A DNA stretch of 64,000 nucleotides from Dictyostelium discoideum (Eukaryota), in the NCBI GenBank assembly GCA_000004695.1, contig CM000151.3, positions 6,112,001 to 6,176,000 on the forward strand. Reading direction: 5' to 3'. Both the position numbers and the translations under genes were made by a program. How positions within the stretch are numbered: the stretch's first letter is position 1; each line of letters starts with the position of its first letter. Below are positions 49,401 through 64,000 of the stretch, piece by piece. The notes under the pieces were generated by a model, which saw nothing but the letters and a program-made list of their open reading frames with translations, was not told where the DNA came from and did not search any database.

Positions 49401-49748
49401 TTTACTTTTGATATTTTTAGTTGATGATCTACTTAATCTTTTTCCTATGTTATCTTCCTCTTCTTCTTCTTCTTCTTCTCCCTCTCCTTCTTCTTCCTCC
49501 TCTTCCTCTTCTTTAAATTTATTATTTTTTTGATCAACTGTTGATTTATCTTTATTTACATCAAAAACTTCTATTGGCTCATTTTTTTTTTTATTTATAA
49601 CTTTATATTTTGTGGTGGTTGAAAATGAATTTATATGTTGTGGTGGTTGTTGTCGTGAATATGATGTTAGATAAGTTGTTGATTGATTTATTAAAAAAAT
49701 ATTTCTATTTTTTGTGCAACTTTTACTAAATTTAACTATGCTATTCAT
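46412..49748 (-). CDS. MutS homolog, MSH1-type (N-terminal presequence-like region plus acidic Glu-rich insert). 2 exons: complement(join(46412..48985,49077..49748)), 1081 aa
   Basis: Domain I is YPNEILFFRLGDFYEMFDEDA. Exon 2 continues ...[29 protein letters not shown]. The ABC ATPase has Walker A LITGPNMGGKSTFLRQ, Walker B VIMDEVGRGTS and FATHYHELT. GTATGT donor with a 91-nt intron. Confidence 0.85.
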
Positions 49749-49962
49749 CGAAGTGCGAGGGGGGTCAAGGCAATGAATTTTTTTTTATTTTTTTTTTATT
49801 TTTTATATTTCTTTAATTTTAATTTTTTTTTTAAAAAAATCAAAAAAAAAAAAAAAAAAATATTAAAGAAATATAAAAAATAATAAAAAATTGCCAATTA
49901 ATTTTAAATCTGGAAAATAATGTTATAAACTAAATTATTGTCAGTTTTTTTAGAATATATTG

Positions 49963-49975
49963 TGGGATTCGAACC
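49963..49975 (-). promoter_or_regulatory. External B box (exB, GGTTCGAATCCCA) ~40 bp downstream of the minus-strand tRNA-Val. It is the type of site used by TRE3 elements for targeting, but is unoccupied here
   Basis: The reverse complement of 49963-49975 is ggttcgaatccca. Adjacent sequence does not fold as a tRNA T-arm. Confidence 0.4.
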
Positions 49976-50013
49976 AGCGATGTTATAAATCAAGCACAAA
50001 AAAATGTTAGTTG

Positions 50014-50087
50014 TATTCAGAGCGGGAATCGAACCCACGACCTAATCCGTGTTAAGGATTCGTGATAACCGACTACACCATCCGAAC
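50014..50087 (-). tRNA. tRNA-Val(AAC): tRNA-Val (anticodon AAC), second copy in inverted orientation
   Basis: The exact reverse complement of the 15229..15302 gene, including 12 bp of 5' flank. Confidence 0.9.
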
Positions 50088-50438
50088 TAATCGATATTTA
50101 TGAAAAATAAATAGCTCCTACCCATTTTTAAATAAAATAAATAAAATGAAAAATAAAATTTCATTCTTCAAAAAAGAATAAGAATTAATAGAATATTATA
50201 TTTTATTTATAAAAAATCAACCTAAATTAAATTGATTTTAATAATATAAAGTAAAAATAACTTCTATTCTATCAAATATAAATTAAACAAAAGTTCCAAA
50301 TAAATAAAAAAAATAAAAAATTGTATTAAGATAAATATTTTTTTTAATTTTTTTATTTTATTTTAGTTTAGTTTATGGTCGGCCCTTTATAATAAATAAG
50401 TTTTTTATTTTGTAATTTTTTAATTCTTTTGCCTATTT

Positions 50439-50691
50439 TTAATAGTTTACAAAGTTTGGTCTTGTAAAGAAAGTTGTTGAAGTTAAATTAGAAACTGAAT
50501 TACATGAGAAATTAATTGAATTTAAATTAGAATCATTTGAAACTAATGATTTTGATATGACATTTAATGATTTATTTGATAAAGAAATAATTGATTCTAT
50601 AGAAATTAAAAAAAAAAATAATAATAATATTAATAATTAGAAATTTGTTTTTTAAAATTTTTTTTTATTTTTTTTATTTGGGATACTTACT
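50439..50691 (-). pseudogene. Paralog of the 14264..14516 micro-gene: exon 2 is conserved (complement 50439..50596; ...SIISLSNKSLNVISKSLVSNDSNLNSINFSCNSVSNLTSTTFFTRPNFVNY*) and the exon-1 donor is conserved, but the ATG is replaced by GGG
   Basis: rc(50685-50700) is agggtattca|gtaagtatcc, versus aaaatgttattca|gtaagtgtc in copy 1. Confidence 0.3.
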
Positions 50692-51868
50692 GAATACCCT
50701 TTTTTTTTTAGTTTTTAATTTAATATTATACTAATATTTGAATAACCCATTGATTTTATAATTGATTGAATTAAAAAAAAAAAAAAAATTCTATTTATAC
50801 TTTTTTTTTTAAATTTTATTTTTTTTTTTAATTTCCAACACTAAAATTACCCCTGGTTAACCACTACTTAATTCTTATGAATAAAAGATATTTTTTGTAA
50901 AGTTTATATGTTGACATATAATATTAAAATAAATTTAAACCAAGGTGTATGATATCAACAATTAAAAGATAATGATTTTATTATCTGGTAAAATAAAATA
51001 AAAAAAATTTTTTTTTACTTTTTTTTTTTTTTTTTATAATTTGTATGATTCGAACATTATTGTTTATCACCTCAACAATTAAATTTATCACATTATATCC
51101 TCAATTATTAAATTTTTTGAGAGTATGAAATGTTAAATTTGATTTTTTATGGGTTAAAAATGAAAATTTGTGTCTTTGGAGATCTCCAATAATTAATATT
51201 GAGATTTTATTAAAAAAAACAATAATTATTATTTTTTCATTCACATTTTAAATATAATAAATCACCCAATTCCAAAACAATTTCAATGAGGTTTTAATAT
51301 GATATTTAATATTATTTTTTTTATTCTTTTTAAATGTTAATAATATTAAATTTTTTATTTTTTAAAAAAAAAAACTTAATATTATTAACATTGAAAGAAT
51401 AAAAAAAATAATATAAAATAATATAAACCCTTTTCTAAAATATATTTTGCATTTTAAAATGGAACAACTTTTTATTTAATTAAATGATTGAACTTTCATA
51501 TATTAAAATTTCAATTTATAATTTCAATTTTACCTTGGTATTCTATCGAGTTACTTACTTTTTCTTTTATTAAATCAATTGAATTTGCATAAAGAATATT
51601 ATTTATAAAACTTTTTTTTTAAAAAAAATAAAAAAAAGAAAAAAAGAAAAAATATTATACTATGGTAATTTGTTTTTATTTTATTTATTTTAATATTTTA
51701 TCAAAAGATAAAAACATAAATCTAATATATGCTAATAACATGTACTATTTGATTATTTAAAAGGTAGTGTTTATGTCGACAACATAATTTATAATATCAC
51801 ACATTGTTTATTATAAAAAATAAATTAAATTTAAAAAATTAAAAAATTAAAAAAAAAATAAATAAAAA

Positions 51869-51903
<35 letters not shown>

Positions 51904-52175
51904 TTGTGTTTTGTTTTTTAAAAATTCCATCTAGATTTCTTTTTTTTTTCACACAAATTTTAAAAAAAATTAAAAGAATTTACAATGAAATCATCAATAC
52001 TACTTCCATACATTTAAATAAATTTATTATATAATCTAAAACAATTAGTATAAATAGTTTTTTTTTTTTTAAAAAAATTTCAATTCATTAATCAAAACAC
52101 AAAAAATAAATATAAATACAAAAGCAACAACAATAATAGTATTAAAAATAATATAATATAATATAATTAATTAAA

Positions 52176-52778
52176 ATGGCAACAATCTTTGATATTTTGA
52201 AAACATTAAATAATAATAATAATAATATAAATAATAATAAGATTGAAAGTTGTAAACGACAATACACAGTTAATAAAAGAATTGATATAATACCATCAAT
52301 GGATGTAACCATGACAAATGATAAATTAATCATTGAAACAGAACTACCAGGTGTTTCAAAGAATGATATCGATATTAATATTAAAGATTCAATTCTCATC
52401 ATTCAAGGTGAAAAGAAAAATAACATAATCAAACTACAACAACAACAACAACAACAAAGTGAAAAATCATCTCAATCTACAAACAATAAAGATGATGATG
52501 AACCATCAATTGAAGAATATGAAGATGATACTAAATTAAAGTCAAATTTAAATAAAAATACTGAAAATAAGGATGAAAATAAAACAACAAGTTCAATAAC
52601 CAATAAAAAGTTTATATCAGAAAGATCATTTGGCAATTTTAAGAGATATTTAAATCTTTCAGAAATATTATACCAATTAGATTTAAATTCAATCAATACT
52701 CAATTTGAAAATGGTTTATTAACAATTACAATTAATAAGAAATCTGATAATTTTCAAATAAAATTAAAATCAATATAA
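52176..52778 (+). CDS. Small heat-shock protein (HSP20/alpha-crystallin family), 200 aa
   Basis: The alpha-crystallin domain is split by a Q/N/D-rich insert: [42 protein letters not shown] ... [18 protein letters not shown]...[13 protein letters not shown]. Confidence 0.8.
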   Translation: MATIFDILKTLNNNNNNINNNKIESCKRQYTVNKRIDIIPSMDVTMTNDKLIIETELPGVSKNDIDINIKDSILIIQGEKKNNIIKLQQQQQQQSEKSSQSTNNKDDDEPSIEEYEDDTKLKSNLNKNTENKDENKTTSSITNKKFISERSFGNFKRYLNLSEILYQLDLNSINTQFENGLLTITINKKSDNFQIKLKSI

Positions 52779-52853
52779 ATTACCTTTTCTCATTACTATT
52801 TAAAAATTTGTAAATAATAAAAATCATTCTATTTTAAAAATATCTTTTTTTTA

Positions 52854-52899
<46 letters not shown>

Positions 52900-53065
52900 A
52901 TTATTTAATAATGAAGATGAGAAATATTATTTTTGATTTCGAAATAAAAATAAATAAAAAAAGAAAATTTAGGGTGGTATGGATAAAATAAAAAAAAGTT
53001 TTTATTTAATTAAATTTATTTGAATTTTTATTGTATTTTTTAATTTAAATTTTAAAAAAGAAAAT

Positions 53066-53251
53066 TTAAAATTTTCTACATGGTGGACGTTGATGACATG
53101 GTGGTGGTGGTGGATGACAAACTGGATTTGGATGGCAACCTCCTTTTCCCCATGTTGTTCTTGGTGGTGGTCCTCCACAGTGACTTATTTGATTATCAGA
53201 GAAATCAGTGCCATTTGATCCTGAATTTGAAATTGAAGAATCATTTGACAT
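53066..53251 (-). CDS. Candidate small Cys/His/Pro-rich protein (61 aa): MSNDSSISNSGSNGTDFSDNQISHCGGPPPRTTWGKGGCHPNPVCHPPPPPCHQRPPCRKF
   Basis: A locally GC-richer ORF that uses Dictyostelium-preferred codons (CCA, GGT, TGT, CAT). Six Cys in CxxxP contexts. Confidence 0.35.
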   Translation of the reverse strand: MSNDSSISNSGSNGTDFSDNQISHCGGPPPRTTWGKGGCHPNPVCHPPPPPCHQRPPCRKF

Positions 53252-53935
53252 GTTTAAACTATTACCAAACTTTGTAATTGAATCTAGTTGAAGAAAAAAA
53301 AAATATAAAAATATAAAAAAAATAAAAAATTGTTTAATAAATATTATTATAATAATAACTAAGTAAAAAAAATAAAATTTTTTGTTATACCAATAATTGT
53401 CATTTTTTGTTTCTTTAATTTTTTTTAAAAAACTATTTATTTTTTTTACATTTTATATTTCAATAAATTTATGTATTGCATTTTACTTTTTTGTTTTTTT
53501 GAAAAATAATTAAAAAAAAAATAAAAAAATTAATTTAACTATGGAAAACCCATTCCCAACTTATTTTGAAAAAAATAAATGTATTAAATTTATTTGAATT
53601 AAAACACCAATTTTTAATTAAGAATTATATTATAAAACTCAATTTCTATAAGAGTTGTTATCTTTTTTTTTTTTTTTTTTTTTTTTTTTTATTTAATCTA
53701 AACTGAACCACATTCTTAACAATATTTAAATTTTGGTTCTATTCAATTTAGTTTTAGTGTAATTAAAAAAATTTTAAAAAAACATATTTGAATACTTGGA
53801 TATATTTTAAAAGAGTTTGCCAATCAATTTATTTACAATTTTTTTTTTTTTTTAAAGATGCCAAACCCATAACCGAGTTACAGGTATGGAAATTGGACAA
53901 CTTTATTCGCGAACTTTATTATGATTTTTTTTTTT

Positions 53936-59999
<6,064 letters not shown>

Positions 60000-60801
60000 T
60001 GTGATTTTTTTATTTTTTTAATATAAATATTGCTTGGCTTTAGTTTTTGATTTAATTATTTATTTTTTTTTATTTTTTTTTTAAAATAAATATTTTTTTT
60101 TATTTATTTTTATTTATTTATTTTTTTTTTTTTATTATTATTATATTAATATATTATTACTATTTTATTATTTATAAATTGTATGATGGTTTGGCTAATT
60201 GTTTGAATTAGTTTGAAAAATTTTTACTATTATTACAAAAAGGTTTTTATGGTTTTTTTTGGTTTTTTGGTTTTTTTTTGGTTTTTTTTTTTTTAAATAT
60301 AATAATAAAAAAAAAAAAAGTACAAAAAAAAAATTAACTTTTATTAATGTAATTGATTCTTTCTTAGTTTATCTGTTGTTTCATAGTTTGATGAATTGTG
60401 TTATTGTTTTTTTTTTGTTTAACTTTTTTTTTAAAAAAAAAATAAAAAATAAAAATAAAAAAAAATAAAAAAATATAAAAAAAAAATAAAATTAGTTTTG
60501 GGTGGTGGAAAACGTGATTATAAAAAAAAAAAAAAATTGAAAAAAAAAAGTTAAAATCCACATAAAAAATCTGTAAAAAAATCGAGATACAAAATTTTTA
60601 GCACCGAAAAAAATAAATAATATTATTTTAATTAAAATATAAAAAAAAAAAGAAAAAATAAAAAAAATGGAAAAATAAAAAAAATAAAACATAAAAAAAA
60701 AAACAAATAAAAAAAAAAACTATTAAGATAAAAAAAAGAGTGATATAAGGCCATACATACTTATATGCAAAGAATCCAAACTTTAAAATGAACACAAATT
60801 C

Positions 60802-60837
<36 letters not shown>

Positions 60838-61230
60838 AAAAACAAAATAGAAAAAAAAAAAAAAAAAAAAAATAGAAAAAAAAAAAAAAAAAAAAAATAA
60901 AATCTAATGGGGTTTGTCCAATGAACGACAAATCACAAAAAATTAAAAATTAAAAAAAAAAAAAAAATTTTGATTTATTGTTTTGAATCACAATAATAAA
61001 ACGTTTTATTTATAAATTTTTTCTTTATGTTATGTTTTTTTTTTAATCTTTTTTTTTTTTTATTTAATATAATTTTAATCATATTTTGATTACTGTTTTT
61101 TTTATTTTTTTTTTGCGAAAATAATATTACTTACACACAATTTTTTTTATCGCGTAAGCCTTTTTTAAAACAAAAGATTTTTATTTTTTTTATTTTTTAT
61201 TTTTTATTTTTTATTATTTTTCAAATTTCC

Positions 61231-61285
<55 letters not shown>

Positions 61286-61351
61286 AAAAAAAAAAAAATT
61301 TTTAATCAAAACAAAACACCACAAACTACAAATTGTCATTGCTCCTTCAAT

Positions 61352-62300
61352 ATGTCCTTTTTTAGCAAACTTTCCAAAAGTAAAGTGTAGAATTGTTTTA
61401 ATTTTTTAATTTTTTTCTTTGTTTAAAAATCCAAATAATTAATAAACTTATAAAAAAAAAAAAAAAAAAAAACGAGTAGAGTCATTAATATTTTAAACAA
61501 TAAAAAATAAAAAAAAAAAAAAAAATAATAAAAAAAGTGTTTAACCCATTTGGGGGTGCTATTGATTATAAAGAAGTTGTATTATTTTCATTTAGACAAC
61601 AACAAAAATTAGATAAATGGAGAATAGTTACAGATCAAGAAGTTGGTGGATTCACAACAGCAGCATTTAAATTTAATCCATCAGATCAATTTGCAGAGTT
61701 TTCAGGTATCATATCAAAGAAATTACCAACAAATAATAGTAGAATTAAATCAACTGGTTATGCTGGTGTATTTGGTGTATGTATCTTCATTTTTTATTTT
61801 TCACCCCCCTCCCCCCTATTCAATAATTAAAAAATAAAAATAATTCATTGACTAACCACACACATTTTTTATTTTTTATATTTTTTTTATTTTATTTTTA
61901 GAAAATTGATCTTTCAGATTATGATTTAAATACATTTAATAGAATTTCAGTTAGAGTAAAATCAGATAAAAGAACTTATTCAATAGCATTATTAAAGAGT
62001 TGTGAAAAACAAACAATGTATAAATCAATATTTGCAACAACACCAAACCAATGGGAAACTGTTGAAGTACCTTTGAATGAATTTTTCAAAGTTCATAAAG
62101 GTGTTGTTGAAATGGATTTATCTAAAATAGAAACCAAAGGTATTGATTCAATTGGTTTCGTTCAAACTGATAAAGCAGAAGGTGAATTTAATTTAAAAAT
62201 TGAATATATTAAATTAATACAATCACAATCAACTTTAAATTCTTTAGATTCTAGAATGATTTCTTCAACTGGTCGTATAATTTATCCACCATCAGTTTAA
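61352..62300 (+). CDS. CIA30 / NDUFAF1-like complex I assembly factor. 3 exons: join(61352..61379,61538..61776,61902..62300), 231 aa
   Basis: Exon 1 is ATGTCCTTTTTTAGCAAACTTTCCAAAA|GTAAAG. Exon 2 carries the CIA30 signature WRIVTDQEVGGFTTAAF. GTATGT donor at 61777 and TTTTTAG acceptor at 61901. Exon 3 is in frame through the stop. Confidence 0.7.
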
Positions 62301-62683
62301 AAAAAAACAAATAAAATAAAATATAAATTTTTTCTTAGATTTTGAATTTTTGGATTTTTTTTTAAAATTTTTCTGGTTAAAAAAAAAAAAAAAAATAAAA
62401 TAAAATAAAAATAAAATTTTTAATAATGGAAAAAAAAAAAAATTAATAAAGTTGGTGGTAGTATGACTGGAGTTAATTAAATATACTTACATTTGTAATA
62501 AAAGATAATCATTAGATTTAGTGAACCACACCTTTTAACCGACATTCACCAAATTTGTATTTTTTTTTTAAATTCACATATTTTATAAAATTAATAAAAA
62601 CAAAACAAAAAAAAAAAAAGAAAAAAAAATAAAATAAAAATAAAAATAAAAAAATAATTAAAAAAAAAATGATCAAAAATTTT

Positions 62684-62719
<36 letters not shown>

Positions 62720-63094
62720 AAAAAAAAACCCCCCACACTAAATTTTAAATTTAATTTGGCCCCCCTTAAAAAAAAATTTAAAAAAAAAAAAACATTAAAT
62801 AAATAAATAAAATTTTTAAAATTATTATTAAATCCCTTTTTTTTTTTTTTTTTTTTTTTTTGGGGAAAAAAAAATTTTGGGGGTTGGGGATTATAAAAAA
62901 AATTTCCAAAATAATTGGTTCCCTTTTAAATTTTTAAAAGGGGTTTTCTTTTTTTCTTTTTTTTTTTTTTTTTTTCTTAATATATATTTAATATATTATG
63001 TTTAACTGCTAAATTCACCATTAAAACTACCATTTACTTTTTATTTTTTGTTATCCAAAAAAATAAAAGAAAAAAAAAAAAAAAAAAAAAAAAA

Positions 63095-63125
<31 letters not shown>

Positions 63126-63232
63126 TAAAAAAAACATATAAAAAAAAAAAAAAAATAAAAAGATAATAAAAACATTTTAATAAAAAAAATAATAAAAAAA
63201 TAGAAAAATTGTTATAGAAAATCACAGGTAAA

Positions 63233-63342
63233 ATGAGTACCGTGACACCAACAACTATACCAACGACAACAACGACAACAACAAGATCAACATCACCATC
63301 TACAACAGGAGGGACGGGAGCAGTATCAAACTCTACACCAAC

Positions 63343-63376
<34 letters not shown>

Positions 63377-64000
63377 ACACCCTCGGTTGGAACACAAAAA
63401 TCTAATTTATCATCATCACTGAAAGGAGTTCCAATTTCACCTACTCCAACATCGCCATTACCAACACAAATTTTATCACCATCATCTCTATCATCATCTT
63501 CATCATCGACATTTTCATCATCATCATCATCAAAATGTACCAAAATATTTGTTGGAGGCATATCATGGAAGGTAACTAATTTTTTTTTTTTTTTTTTTTT
63601 CCCAATTAATTATTCCATTTTTTTTTTTTTTTTTTTTTTAATTTTGGTAGGTTTAATTAAAAAAAAAAAAAAAAAGTGCTAATTTCTTTTTTTTTTTTTT
63701 TTTTAAATAAATAAATAAAAAAATATAGGCAGATGAGAATACATTAAAAACTTATTTTTTACAATTTGGAAATGTTTTAGAATGTAAAATTATAATGGAC
63801 TATAATACAAATAAATCAAAAGGATATGGTTTCATCACTTTTGAGAATGAAGATTCAATTGAAAAAGTTAGGACTTCAAATCTACTATTCATGGGTAAAA
63901 ATGTAAAATTTCTTTTTAATAGAAACTTTTATTATTTTTTTAAATTTCCTAATTTTTTGGGAAATAATATTATTTTACTAATTTTCCACTTTTTTTTTTT
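63233..64000 (+). CDS. RRM-containing RNA-binding protein (RBM24/RBM38/SEB-4-like), partial and running off the window. Exon 1 is 63233..63571 (T/S-rich N-terminus ...KIFVGGISWK); exon 2 starts at 63729
   Basis: RNP2 KIFVGGI at the end of exon 1. GTAACT donor. Exon 2 is ADENTLKTYFLQFGNVLECKIIMDYNTNKSKGYGFITFENEDSIEKV (RNP1 KGYGFITF). Confidence 0.65.

Larger units (their letters stand above)
50014..51085. repeat. Inverted segmental duplication, copy 2 (partner 13850..15302)
   Basis: See copy 1. Confidence 0.65.

Noticed and set aside
49951-49990. Possible truncated tRNA next to tRNA-Val (GGTTCGAATCC-containing)
   Set aside because: Only a B-box-like 11-mer. The flanks do not form a T-stem, acceptor stem or anticodon arm. 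It is better explained as an external B box.

Overview
This window looks like a gene-dense, AT-rich (~75-80% A+T) amoebozoan nuclear region, almost certainly Dictyostelium discoideum-like. The evidence is long A/T homopolymers, (ATT)n/(AAT)n microsatellites, poly-Asn/Gln coding tracts, short AT-rich introns with GTAAGT/GTATGT donors and poly-T...AG acceptors, and tRNA-gene-targeted non-LTR retrotransposons (TRE). I could support 21 protein-coding genes from the six-frame track plus manual splice reconstruction. Left to right: a CBS-domain protein; a 2xRRM+RGG nucleolin/Nsr1-like protein; an FNIP-repeat gene with a degenerate tandem duplicate; a 5-exon NT5C2-type cytosolic 5'-nucleotidase; a 5-exon site-2 protease (M50); three paralogous stand-alone acyltransferase (PKS AT-domain-like) genes; an SLC25A39/Mtm1-like mitochondrial carrier; a Cdc6/Orc1-family AAA+ protein; a hypothetical 544-aa protein; a GNAT acetyltransferase; a THOC7 homolog; an FNIP-like paralog cluster (1 intact, 2 pseudogenes); a MutS homolog with an N-terminal presequence (MSH1-type); an sHSP20; a giant Mei2-like 3xRRM protein; a CIA30/NDUFAF1 homolog; and a partial RBM24/38-like RRM gene. 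RNA genes are tRNA-Val(AAC) in two inverted copies and tRNA-Asp(GTC). Downstream of tRNA-Val (15229) and tRNA-Asp (20328) sits an ~11 kb nest of five TRE3-type (tRNA-downstream) non-LTR retrotransposon copies from at least two families, with recognisable 14-bp target-site duplications. The main things worth a second look are: (1) the divergently/tandemly arranged trio of discrete AT-domain genes; (2) a ~1.1-1.45 kb inverted segmental duplication at 13.85-15.3 kb and 50.0-51.1 kb that carries tRNA-Val, a conserved TATA-box promoter, a novel two-exon S/N/T-rich micro-gene and a GGGCCGACC downstream motif; (3) a tandem duplication that copied the last ~30 bp of the nucleotidase CDS; (4) a ~56-bp-arm imperfect hairpin (miRNA-precursor-like) in a non-AT island among the FNIP pseudogenes. 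No CRISPR arrays or prokaryotic features are present.
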